Assembly: GCA_963749075.1 (NCBI GenBank)
Contig: CAVVLJ010000017.1
Coordinates: 1,088,001-1,152,000, forward strand
Length of the DNA: 64,000 nucleotides
Direction: 5' to 3'
Source: an uncultured Pseudomonadota bacterium
GTDB lineage: Bacteria > Pseudomonadota > Alphaproteobacteria > JACZXZ01
The notes under the pieces were generated by a model, which searched no databases, was not told the origin of the DNA, and was given only the letters and a program-made list of their open reading frames with translations. The position numbers and the translations under genes were made by a program. This document shows positions 44,588-53,838 of the stretch, in pieces (position 1 is the first letter of the stretch; each line of letters begins with the position of its first letter).

Positions 44588-46526
44588 CTCCCCTGCCGCG
44601 GGGCTTCTCGCGGCGGGCCTCCTCTCGGCCGGCCTCTTCTCGGCCGGCCTCTTCCGGGCTGCCCCTGCTGCGGCCGGGCCTGCCGAGCTGGCCCAGGCCT
44701 CGGGCGGTCCCATCGAGATCGTCCCGTTGGCGCCGCCGCCGGGTACTGCGGCCTCGCCAGGCTCGGCGGCGCCGAGCGCAGCACCTCCCGCGGCAGCCGC
44801 GCCTGGACCCGCTGCCGCTCCCGCGGGGCCCGAGAACATCCTGCCCAAGGCCGTCGAGCCCACGAGTGCCGCGCCCGCGAGCGGCGCGCCCCCGAGCGCC
44901 GCGCCCGAGACCGCCGAGTCCAAGAGTGCGGCGGCGGAGACGTGCTGCGGCTCCGAGAGCGAGGGGGCCGGCGTCCTCGGCGAAAGCGACGGCGGCCTCG
45001 GCGCCGATCTCTGGCGCGGCACCCCGCGCGCCGTTCTCGCCGAGCTCATTCCGGCGATCCCGGCGGCGATTCCCTCGCCGGCGCTGCACGAGCTCGCACG
45101 CCGCCTGCTGCTCTCCACGGCGAAGCCGCCCGAAGGGCCGCGCGGCAGCGGGCCGAGCCTCCTCATGCTGCGCGTCCGCAAGCTCGCCGAGATGGGCGAT
45201 TTCGACGGCATGAGGGCGCTTGCCGCGGTCGCAAAAGGTGCGGCGGCGGCGGACGAGCTTGCCCGCATCTCGGCCGAAGGGCGCCTCCTCGACGACAAGA
45301 CGGCCGCCCTTTGCCAGGACGTGCCCGCGCTCATGCGCACGCACCACGACGTCTTCTGGCAGGAGCTGCAGGTGTTCTGCCAGGCCCTTGCCAAGAACAG
45401 CCAGCTCGTCGAGCTCGGCCTGGGCCTGCTGCGCGACGAGGGCAGCGAGGAGGACCCGGCCTATTTCGCGCTGATCGAGGCCTTGATCGGCGGCAAGGCC
45501 GCCAAGGTGACCAGCCTCGCCGGCGCCACGCCGCTGACGCTTGCCGTGATGCGCGCGGCCAAGCTGCCGCTGCCGGAGGACGGGCTCGACAAGGCATCGC
45601 CGGCGGTGCTGCGCGCGATCGCCGAGAGCCCCGACGCCGGCGTCGATGTCCGCCTTGCCGCGGCCGAGCGCGCCACGCTCCTCGGGGCACTCCCGGGTGC
45701 CGCCTTGCGCAAGGTCTACGACAGCGTGCCGGTGAGCGACGCCGATCTGCAGAACGCCTTGAGCAAGGCGCAGAGCGAGTACGGCCCGCGCGCGCGCGTT
45801 CTGCTCTACCGCGGTGCCAAGGCGCAATCGGTGCCCACGGCGCGCGCCGAGGCGGTGCGCGCGGCGCTCTCGCTTGCCCGCGCGGCCGGCGTCTATGCGA
45901 TCGCGGTCGCGGTCAACCTCCCCTTCATCGAGGCGATGTCGCCAACGCCGGAGCTCGGCTTCTTCGCGGGCGAGGCGGGCCGCAGCCTTGTCTTCGCCGA
46001 CGAGATTGACAAGGCCGAAGGCTGGTTTGCACTCGCGGATTCGGACAATCGCGCTGGCGGCGTAGTGCCCACGGCGGCGACCAGCCTGTGGCCCTATGAC
46101 CGCCTCATCGTCTCGGACAGCCAGCCGTGGGACAACGAGCGCTTCGGTACCTGGCTCACCGCGGAGCGCGCGCGCGTCGACGGCGAGGCCAAGCTGGCGA
46201 ACGAGCGCGCGGCGCGCTTCCTCGGCCTTGCCGCCGCCCTCGGCAAGCCGGTGACCTCGGCGGCCTGGCAGCCCCTCTACGGCGCCGCGGAGCCGGAGCC
46301 GGCGGCGATGCCCTCCATCGCCCTCTGGCACGGCCTCAATGAGGCCGCCGCGGCCGGCCGGCGCGGCGAATGCCTGCTCCTCGCCTTGGCCGCGGTCGGC
46401 TCGGGCGGCCTGCAAAACACCAACCCGATCGCCGTCGAGGCGGTCATAGACGGCCTGCGCCAGGTCGGCCTCGACAAGGAGGCGCGGCGGCTCGCCATCG
46501 AGGCCGCGGTCGCGGTGGGACTCTAG
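44568..46526 (+). CDS. Exported Ala-rich helical protein upstream of xerD
   Basis: Signal-like N-terminus, Pro/Ala linker, GGLGADLWRGT, LRQVGLDKEARRLAIEA. Confidence 0.8.
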   Translation: MTASRASSPAAGLLAAGLLSAGLFSAGLFRAAPAAAGPAELAQASGGPIEIVPLAPPPGTAASPGSAAPSAAPPAAAAPGPAAAPAGPENILPKAVEPTSAAPASGAPPSAAPETAESKSAAAETCCGSESEGAGVLGESDGGLGADLWRGTPRAVLAELIPAIPAAIPSPALHELARRLLLSTAKPPEGPRGSGPSLLMLRVRKLAEMGDFDGMRALAAVAKGAAAADELARISAEGRLLDDKTAALCQDVPALMRTHHDVFWQELQVFCQALAKNSQLVELGLGLLRDEGSEEDPAYFALIEALIGGKAAKVTSLAGATPLTLAVMRAAKLPLPEDGLDKASPAVLRAIAESPDAGVDVRLAAAERATLLGALPGAALRKVYDSVPVSDADLQNALSKAQSEYGPRARVLLYRGAKAQSVPTARAEAVRAALSLARAAGVYAIAVAVNLPFIEAMSPTPELGFFAGEAGRSLVFADEIDKAEGWFALADSDNRAGGVVPTAATSLWPYDRLIVSDSQPWDNERFGTWLTAERARVDGEAKLANERAARFLGLAAALGKPVTSAAWQPLYGAAEPEPAAMPSIALWHGLNEAAAAGRRGECLLLALAAVGSGGLQNTNPIAVEAVIDGLRQVGLDKEARRLAIEAAVAVGL

Positions 46527-46539
46527 GGCGCGCCCGGAG

Positions 46540-47490
46540 ATGCCCGCCGCGCGGCGCGGACGGCCACGGCAGGCGGCGGCCCCTCCTTCGCCCCGCCTCG
46601 AGGCCTTCCTCGAGATGCTCATCGCCGAGCGCGGGGCTGCGCGCAACACGGTCGAGGCCTACCGCCGCGACCTTGCCGACTTCGCGGCCTTTCTCGCCCG
46701 CCGCGGGGCCACGCTCGAGGGTGCCGACGGCAGAGCGCTCGAGGCCTATCTCAAGGCGCAGAGAGAGCGGGGCATGGCGCCGCGCACGGCGGCCCGGCGC
46801 CTCTCCGCGCTACGCCAGTTCCACCGCTTCCTCTATGACGAGGGTGCGAGGCCCGACGATCCGACCGCCACCCTCGACAGCCCGCGCCAGGGCCTCTCGC
46901 TGCCCAAATATCTGAGCGAGGCGGAGGTCGATGCCCTCCTCGCCGCGGCAGGGCGGCGCAAGGGTCAGGAGGGCGCCCGCCTCTTGGCCCTCGTCGAGCT
47001 CCTTTATGCCACGGGCCTGCGCGTCTCCGAGCTGGTGGCGCTGCCGCTCGCCGCCGTCGCGCGCGAGCGCCGCCTCCTCGCCGTGCGGGGCAAGGGAGGC
47101 AAGGAGCGCGTGGTGCCGCTCTCGGTGCCGGCGCGTGCGGCGCTCGAGACTTGGCTTGCGGCGCGCACCGCGCGCCTCAAGCGCGGAGAGAGCTCGCGCT
47201 GGCTCTTCCCCTCCTCCGGCACGTCGGGGCACCTGACCCGCCACCGCCTGGGCCAGCTCCTGAAGGAGCTCGCCATTGCCGCGGGCCTGAAACCCGCCAA
47301 GGTGTCGCCCCACGTGCTGCGCCACGCCTTCGCCACCCACCTCCTCGCCCACGGCGCCGACCTCAGGAGCGTGCAGCGCCTCCTGGGCCACGCCGACATC
47401 AGCACGACGCAAATCTATACCCACGTGCTCGAGGCGCGCCTCAAGAGCCTCGTCAACGAGCACCACCCGCTCGCCAAGGCGAGGCGGTAG
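46540..47490 (+). CDS. xerD: Tyrosine recombinase XerD
   Basis: LYATGLRVSEL, GKGGKER, HVLRHAFATH, LGHADISTTQIY; aroK-xerD-accA synteny. Confidence 0.92.
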   Translation: MPAARRGRPRQAAAPPSPRLEAFLEMLIAERGAARNTVEAYRRDLADFAAFLARRGATLEGADGRALEAYLKAQRERGMAPRTAARRLSALRQFHRFLYDEGARPDDPTATLDSPRQGLSLPKYLSEAEVDALLAAAGRRKGQEGARLLALVELLYATGLRVSELVALPLAAVARERRLLAVRGKGGKERVVPLSVPARAALETWLAARTARLKRGESSRWLFPSSGTSGHLTRHRLGQLLKELAIAAGLKPAKVSPHVLRHAFATHLLAHGADLRSVQRLLGHADISTTQIYTHVLEARLKSLVNEHHPLAKARR

Positions 47491-47535
47491 GCGGGAGAAG
47501 GAGTGGGAGAGGCGCCAAACAGGAGGAAAACGCAA

Positions 47536-48201
47536 ATGGCATTTTTCATCTGGACAAAAATGCAGACGGAATCCGGCGTGAATCTTCCTGCAATTATCGC
47601 GCTCAAAGAGATGGAAAGGATCGCCGGGGAAGGTGAGTTCTGGTGGGGCGTTGGAAGCGCGCCCTCTAGGAGCGCTATGCGTGAGGCTATTGATAAGAGT
47701 AATGGGACTTTGCCAATTTTATTTTCGATTATGCTATCAAGGCCGCAGAAGAAGGATGTGGCTCCAGGCGACGTCTATTCCTGGACAGCTTGGGAAGACG
47801 ATAACCGCATTTCCCATCCCCTCCCCGAGCACGTGTTGGCCGTCAGTCGGGGACGCGATGAAAAGAAAAGTCACAACGCATTGGTTTGTCGATCGTCCGT
47901 TCCGATCGCCATCGGCAACCACGGTCCGTTCGATCCCTCACGCTGTCAAAATCGCAGTGGGAGATCCGTAGGCGCTTCCCAAGTCACGGCGCTGCTTCAA
48001 GGGGACATCGATGGAGACCACTCGCCAGGCATCTACCATTTCGGCTTTCGCGCAACGCTGATCGAACCTTGGGTTGTAAAGTTAGTGAAGCCGCGCAAAC
48101 TTCTGCAAACGGAAATGAACTTGCTCGAGGGATGGCGTCAAACCTGGATAGACTTTGTGGGAGGGAATCGATCATTGCAGTCGCGCCGAAGTACAGGCTA
48201 G
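47536..48201 (+). CDS. Hypothetical protein, AT-richer islet
   Basis: AGGAGG RBS; WTKMQTESG...KEMER...FWWGVG...VGASQVTALL. Confidence 0.78.
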   Translation: MAFFIWTKMQTESGVNLPAIIALKEMERIAGEGEFWWGVGSAPSRSAMREAIDKSNGTLPILFSIMLSRPQKKDVAPGDVYSWTAWEDDNRISHPLPEHVLAVSRGRDEKKSHNALVCRSSVPIAIGNHGPFDPSRCQNRSGRSVGASQVTALLQGDIDGDHSPGIYHFGFRATLIEPWVVKLVKPRKLLQTEMNLLEGWRQTWIDFVGGNRSLQSRRSTG

Positions 48202-48243
48202 TTCGGGAGCCCTTGCGAATATATTGCAAATTTGGTATGTTCG

Positions 48244-48567
48244 ATGAGTTGGGTCGTCACGTTTCTCAACCAAGCGGTTGCCGGCGAGCTAGCGCCGTTG
48301 CCGGCGGATATCCGTGCCAAATTCAGCAGGATCGTCATGCTGATCGAGAGCCATGGGCTCGAACGCGTGCGGGAACCCCACGTGAAGCACGTGGACGATC
48401 GCTTATGGGAGATGCGCATGCGCGGGCGGGACGGCATTGCCCGCGCGATCTACGTGACGGCGTCGGGAAGGCGCGTGGTCGTCGTCCATGTCTTCACAAA
48501 GAAGACGCAAAAGACGCCGCGACGCGAGATAGAGCTCGCGCGCGAGCGGGCGAAGGGAGTGATATGA
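48244..48567 (+). CDS. RelE/HigB-like toxin (Gp49-like)
   Basis: REPHVKHV..LWEMR...RAIY...HVFTKKTQKTP. Confidence 0.92.
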   Translation: MSWVVTFLNQAVAGELAPLPADIRAKFSRIVMLIESHGLERVREPHVKHVDDRLWEMRMRGRDGIARAIYVTASGRRVVVVHVFTKKTQKTPRREIELARERAKGVI

Positions 48568-48869
48568 AAGCGATCCGCGCGCGCGACCTTCATCGCAAAT
48601 GGATGCGGAGCGACCCCGACTATGCGCGCGAGTTTGCCGCGCTCGAGGAGGAGTTCGCACTCGCCGCGGCAATGCTGGAGGCCCGCGCCCGTGCCGGACT
48701 GACGCAGGAGCAGCTTGCGCGCCTGATGAAGACCACGCAGGCCGTGATCGCGCGGCTGGAAAGCGGGCGGGCGAGGCCCTCGACACGGACGCTCGAGCGC
48801 TTCGCGGCCGCCACGGGTTCGCGGCTCCGCATCTTCTTCGAGCCGGCAACCACGCGCCAATCGCGTTGA
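48564..48869 (+). CDS. XRE-family HTH antitoxin (HigA-like)
   Basis: GLTQEQLARLMKTTQAVIARLESG; ATGA overlap with toxin. Confidence 0.92.
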   Translation: MKAIRARDLHRKWMRSDPDYAREFAALEEEFALAAAMLEARARAGLTQEQLARLMKTTQAVIARLESGRARPSTRTLERFAAATGSRLRIFFEPATTRQSR

Positions 48870-49032
48870 GCGGCTCGCCATTTCAGCCCTATGTTGCGGC
48901 TCTGGATGGCGGTGCCAGGCCGTTGACATTCGTGCGGGCTTGGGCAATATCCCTTTTTCGCACTGCGGCATGAATTTCCGCACTTGCGAAATCCCCATCC
49001 TTCCGCCCGTTGCCCGCGCTGAGAGGTCGGAG

Positions 49033-50013
49033 ATGAGCTTCAAGATCGTCGAGCAGGCGCGCCCGCGGCTCAACCGCAGCGAGCTCGCCGTCCCCGGCAG
49101 CAATCCCAAGCTCTTCGCCAAGGCGGCGGCCTCGGCGGCCGACGTCGTCTTCCTCGATCTCGAGGACGCGGTGGCGGCGCACGAGAAGGAGGCCGCGCGC
49201 CGGAACGTCATCGAGGCGATCAACGGCATCGAGTGGGGGGCCAAGAGCCTCTCGCTGCGCATCAACGGCCTCGACACCCATTACATGTACCGCGACGTGG
49301 TCGACGTGCTCGAAGGGACGGGCGAGCGTCTCGACCTCATCATGATCCCCAAGGTGGGTACCGCGGCCGACGTCTATGCGCTCGACATGCTGGTGACGCA
49401 GATCGAGCAGGCGAAGGGCAAGAAGAAGCGCCTCGGCTTCGAGCTCATCATCGAGACGGCACTCGGCATGCAGAACTTGGACGCGATCGCGGCTGCGAGC
49501 CCGCGGCTCGAGTCGCTCCATTTCGGCGTCGCCGACTACGCCGCCTCGACGCGCGCGCGCACCACCAGCATCGGCGGCCCCAACCCCGACTATGCGGTGC
49601 TCACCGACAAGGACGCCGCCGGCAAGCGCGAGACCCATTGGGGCGACATGTGGCACTACGCCTTGGCACGCCTCGTGGTGGCGGCGCGCGCCAACGGCTT
49701 GCGCCCCATCGACGGGCCGTTCGGCGACTTCTCGGACGCCCAGGGCTTCCGCGCCCAGGCGCGCCGCTCGGCGGTGCTCGGCTGCGAGGGCAAGTGGGCG
49801 ATCCATCCGAGCCAGATCGCACTCGCCAACGAGAGCTTCAGCCCGAGCGAGGCCGAGGTCGCCAAGGCGAGGCGCATCATCGACGCCATGGCCCAGGCGC
49901 AGAAGGAGGGCAAGGGTGCGGTCTCGCTCGACGGCCGGCTCCTCGATATCGCCTCGATCCGCCAGGCCCAGGTGCTGGTGGAAAAGGCGAAAGAGATCGG
50001 TGCCGCGAGTTGA
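49033..50013 (+). CDS. mcl: Malyl-CoA/beta-methylmalyl-CoA lyase (CitE/HpcH family)
   Basis: RLNRSELAVPGSN, DLEDAVA, HFGVADYAAS, GKWAIHPSQI. Confidence 0.88.
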   Translation: MSFKIVEQARPRLNRSELAVPGSNPKLFAKAAASAADVVFLDLEDAVAAHEKEAARRNVIEAINGIEWGAKSLSLRINGLDTHYMYRDVVDVLEGTGERLDLIMIPKVGTAADVYALDMLVTQIEQAKGKKKRLGFELIIETALGMQNLDAIAAASPRLESLHFGVADYAASTRARTTSIGGPNPDYAVLTDKDAAGKRETHWGDMWHYALARLVVAARANGLRPIDGPFGDFSDAQGFRAQARRSAVLGCEGKWAIHPSQIALANESFSPSEAEVAKARRIIDAMAQAQKEGKGAVSLDGRLLDIASIRQAQVLVEKAKEIGAAS

Positions 50014-50088
50014 GGTGCGGCACCGCGCGCCGCCGCCTGCTTTTGCCGTCGCGACGCGCGCGGAGCTGTGCTAGGTAGGGCGTCGGCC

Positions 50089-51052
50089 ATGCACCACTAT
50101 CTCGACTTCGAGAAGCCGATCGCCGAGCTCGAGGGCAAGATCGAGGAGCTCCGCCACCTCTCGCCCAGCGCCGAGCTCAACATCGTCGAGGAGGTGGCGC
50201 GGCTTCAGCTCAAGCTCGAGCGGCTCCTGCGCCAGACCTATACCCGGCTATCAGCCTGGCAGAAGGTGCAGGTGGCGCGCCATCCCGAGCGGCCGCACTT
50301 CTCCGACTACGTGGCGGCGCTGATCGCCGACTTCACGCCGCTCGCCGGCGACCGCGCCTTCGCCGAGGACCGCGCCGTCATCGGCGGCCTCGGCCGCTTC
50401 CGCGGCCGCTCGGTCGTCGTCATCGGCCAGGAGAAGGGCGCCGACACCGAGAGCCGGGTGCGCCACAATTTCGGCATGGCCAGGCCCGAGGGCTACCGCA
50501 AGGCGCAGCGCCTCATGCGCCTCGCCGACCGCTTCCAGCTGCCGCTCATCACCCTCGTCGACACCGCGGGCGCCTACCCGGGCGTCGACGCGGAGGAGCG
50601 CGGCCAGGCCGAGGCCATCGCGCGCAGCATCGCCACCTGCCTCGAGGTCGGCGTGCCGCTCGTGAGCGTCATCATCGGCGAGGGCGGCTCGGGCGGCGCC
50701 ATCGCCCTCGCCGCCGCCAACGCGCGTGCTCATGCTCGAGCACGCGGTCTATTCGGTGATCTCGCCCGAGGGCTGCGGCTCGATCCTGTGGCGCGACGGG
50801 GCGCATGTGCAGGAGGCGGCCGAAGCCCTCAAGCTCACCGCCCAGGACCTCGAGCGGCTCGGCATCGTCGATTCCGTCATCGCCGAGCCGCTCGGCGGCG
50901 CGCAGCGCGACAAGGAGAAGGCGATCACCGCCGTCGGCAGCGCGCTCGAAGAGGCGCTGCGCCCGCTCGAGAAGCTCGACGGCGGCCAGCTCAAGCAGCG
51001 CCGGCGCGATAAGTTCCTCGAGATGGGAAGCCAGATGACGGACGTCAGATGA
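50089..51052 (+). CDS. accA: Acetyl-CoA carboxylase carboxyltransferase alpha, apparent +1 frameshift near 50722
   Basis: [23 protein letters not shown]; YSVISPEG continues in the next frame. Confidence 0.95.
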
Positions 51053-51066
51053 CGGACGACGGAGAG
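51032..51066 (+). repeat. Heptamer tandem array C(A/G)GA(C/T)GA
   Basis: CAGATGA CGGACGT CAGATGA CGGACGA CGGAGAG overlapping the accA stop. Confidence 0.75.
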
Positions 51067-51083
51067 GCGCGGCGGCTCGAGGA

Positions 51084-51132
51084 GCCCTCATCCTGAGGAG
51101 GACGCAAAGCGGCCGTCTCGAAGGATGAGGGC
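51084..51132 (+). repeat. Family-B REP unit upstream of GIY-YIG gene
   Basis: CCTCATCCTGAGGAG-GACGCAAAGCGGC-CGTCTCGAAGGATGAGG. Confidence 0.88.
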
Positions 51133-51155
51133 GGGGTAAGCGAGGAACGTTCGCA

Positions 51156-51542
51156 ATGGCCGCTTATCTCTACATCCTTCGCTGCCGCGATGACTCGTAC
51201 TACGTCGGCACTACCCGAGGCAGCCTCGAGGTGCGAGTGGCTGAGCATAATGCCGCACGTTACGGCGGTTACACGATGCGACGGCGGCCCGTCGCGTTCG
51301 TCTACCACCAGGAATTCGATCGGATCGAGGACGCCATTGCAGCCGAGCGTCAGGTCAAGGGTTGGCGTCGTGAAAAGAAGGAAGCGCTCATTCGGGGCGA
51401 CTTCGCGGCCCTACGGAAGCTTGCCAGCCGCGCACGGGATCGGCTCGCCGCGCAAACCTCCGCCCCATCGACCGTGGAAACTCATCCTTCGAGACGCAAC
51501 CCTTCGGGTTGCTCCTCAGGATGGCGATTATCCCCCACTTGA
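51156..51542 (+). CDS. GIY-YIG nuclease (UPF0213/YhbQ-like)
   Basis: YLYILRCRDDSYYVGTT...RVAEHN...YT..RRP...AIAAERQVKGWRREKKEALI. Confidence 0.93.
   Translation: MAAYLYILRCRDDSYYVGTTRGSLEVRVAEHNAARYGGYTMRRRPVAFVYHQEFDRIEDAIAAERQVKGWRREKKEALIRGDFAALRKLASRARDRLAAQTSAPSTVETHPSRRNPSGCSSGWRLSPT
51481..51522 (-). repeat. Family-B REP unit downstream of GIY-YIG, split by IS1595 (remainder at 54722-54734)
   Basis: CTCATCCTTCGAGACG-CAACCCTTCGGGTTG-CTCCTCAGGAT|GAGG. Confidence 0.88.
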
Positions 51543-52483
51543 CAGACTGATTTTTCCGCGATATTGTCTCCACATAATCGACGGAGACGCCCAAATGTCT
51601 AAGCCCAAGAGGCCCCGCATCCACCAAATGACCGTGGCCGATTTCGAGCGGGCTTTCCCAGACGAGAATGCTTGCTGCGCTTATCTGGTGGGCCATAGGT
51701 GGCCGCTTGGCGTGCGTTGCCCGCGGTGTGGCGCTGAGAACCCCTACGAGCTTCCCTCCCGTCCCTGGCACTGGCAGTGCGAGGCCTGCACGGCAGACGG
51801 CTACCGCTTCTCCCATATCGCGGGGACGGTCTTCGAGAACACCAACAAGCCCCTGCGGGAGTGGTTCCGCGTGATCCACCTCATGCTGACCAGCAAGAAG
51901 GGCATCAGCGCCCTTCAGGTCATGCGATATATGGGTTTTGGCTCCTACAAGACGGCTTGGTACATGTGCCATCGCGTCCGCGCCGGCTTGGCGGATAGGG
52001 AATTCCGGAAGCTCATGGGCATCGTCGAGGTTGACGAGACTTTCATCGGCGGGAAGGCCTACAACAAGCATGGCCGGCGGGGCGGCGGTGGCCGGGGTGG
52101 CATCGGCTCCGGCAAGACGCCCGTGGTCGGCGCTGTCCAGCGCAAAGGAAATGTCGTCGCCCGCGTGATCTCGACAGTGAGTGCTGACGTGCTCACGACC
52201 TTCGTGCGCGAGGCCGTTTCGCATCGTGTGAGCTTGCTTTGCACCGACGAATGGACCGGCTATCGGAAACTCAAGGCCGAATACCCGCACGGCGTCATCC
52301 GTCACACGGCCGGCGAGTACGTTCACGGCAACATCCACACGAACACGATTGAGTGCTTCTGGTCCATCTTCAAGCGCGGGATCGTCGGGAGCTTTCATAA
52401 GGTCAGCAAGAAATACTGAGCTGGTCCTGGAAAATCGGACAGGGTGCTAAGGTGTATTCCGCCGGATAACGGAGGAGTACGCG

Positions 52484-52765
52484 ATGACGATGAGACGGCG
52501 GTTTGCGGGCGATTTCAAGGCCCGGGTAGCCCTGGAGGCGTTGCGGGGCGACAAGACGGTTCAGGAGATCGCGGCGAAGCACAAGGTGCATCCGAACCAG
52601 GTGAGCACGTGGAAGCGCCAAGCGATCGAGGGCTTGGGCGATGTGTTCTCGAGCGGGGTGGACCGCGAGCGCCAGGATCACGAGAGCGAGGTTCGCGATC
52701 TCCACGCCAAGATCGGGCAGTTGACGGTGGAACGGGATTTTTTGGCCAGAGGGCTCAAGCGATGA
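52484..52765 (+). CDS. IS3 transposase OrfA (HTH)
   Basis: FKARVALEAL...VHPNQVSTWK...KIGQLTVERDFL; TTTTTTG possible -1 slip site. Confidence 0.92.
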   Translation: MTMRRRFAGDFKARVALEALRGDKTVQEIAAKHKVHPNQVSTWKRQAIEGLGDVFSSGVDRERQDHESEVRDLHAKIGQLTVERDFLARGLKR

Positions 52766-53694
52766 GCCGGGAGGAGCGCAAGGCGATGATCACGCCCGGC
52801 CACCCCGGCTTGAGCTTGAGCCGCCAATGCCGGCTTCTCGCGATCAGCCGCTCGTCGTTCTATTGCGCCCCCCGGGGCGAGAGCCCGGAGAACCTGGCGC
52901 TGATGCGCCGCATCGACGAGCTGTTTCTGCGCTGCCCCTTCTACGGCAGCCGGCAAATGGTGCGCCAGTTGCGGCGGGAGGATATCGCGGCCGGCCGCCA
53001 CCGGGTCCGGCGGCTGATGCGCCTCATGGGCCTGGCGGCGATCTACCAGGCGCCGAGAACCAGCACGCCGCACCCGGGGCACCGGGTCTATCCCTATCTG
53101 CTGCGGGACGTGGCGGTGGAGCGTCCCGATCAGGTCTGGTGCGCCGACATCACCTACATCCCGGTGCGGCGCGGCTTCCTCTATCTGGTCGCGATCATGG
53201 ACTGGGCGACGCGCCACGTCCTGGCATGGCGGCTGTCGAACACCATGGATGCCGGGTTCTGCATCGCGGCGCTGAACGAGGCGCTGGCCGACTACGGCCG
53301 GCCCGAGATTTTCAACACCGACCAGGGCAGCCAGTTCACCAGCCTCGACTTCACCGGCGTGCTCAAGGACGCGGAGATCGCGATCTCGATGGACGGGCGG
53401 GGGCGGTGCCTGGACAACATCTTCATCGAGCGCCTCTGGCGCTCGCTAAAATACGAGGCCGTCTACCTGCACGAGATGACGGATGGCTTCGCGGCCGAGC
53501 GTGTCATCGGCGAATGGATCGCCTTCTACAACACCGAGCGGCCGCACTCGGCGCTTGACGGCGGCACGCCTGCGGAAGCCTACTCGAGCCGGCGGCCTGT
53601 GGATATGATGGACAAGGCTGACGCCTTGCCCACATCTCCACAGGCCCAACAGCAACAAAAAGCCTTCAACATGATTCGAGTCTTGGCAGCGTGA
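52762..53694 (+). CDS. IS3 transposase OrfB (DDE)
   Basis: WCADITY, NTDQGSQF, DNIFIERLWRSLKYE, YNTERPHSAL. Confidence 0.94.
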   Translation: MSREERKAMITPGHPGLSLSRQCRLLAISRSSFYCAPRGESPENLALMRRIDELFLRCPFYGSRQMVRQLRREDIAAGRHRVRRLMRLMGLAAIYQAPRTSTPHPGHRVYPYLLRDVAVERPDQVWCADITYIPVRRGFLYLVAIMDWATRHVLAWRLSNTMDAGFCIAALNEALADYGRPEIFNTDQGSQFTSLDFTGVLKDAEIAISMDGRGRCLDNIFIERLWRSLKYEAVYLHEMTDGFAAERVIGEWIAFYNTERPHSALDGGTPAEAYSSRRPVDMMDKADALPTSPQAQQQQKAFNMIRVLAA

Positions 53695-53838
53695 TCAGCA
53701 TCCGGAATACACCTTAAATCCGCTGCCACCTGTCCAAACAACCAGGACCAGCTCATACCTCCCGCTGTACGTCGCTGAATTCCAGTTCCGGTATAACAAC
53801 CGTGGAAACGAGAACGTTTTCGGAGAAGCGATCAAGGG

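Larger units (their letters stand above)
52417..53755 (+). mobile_element. IS3-family insertion sequence (1339 bp)
   Basis: TGAGCTGGTCCTGG...CCAGGACCAGCTCA ends (TG...CA); 3-bp TSD TAC. Confidence 0.95.

Noticed and set aside
46540-47490. Tyrosine recombinase as integrase or integron integrase for the downstream islet
   Set aside because: Sequence and aroK/accA context match housekeeping XerD; no IntI-specific insertion or attC-like sites were seen beside the islet genes
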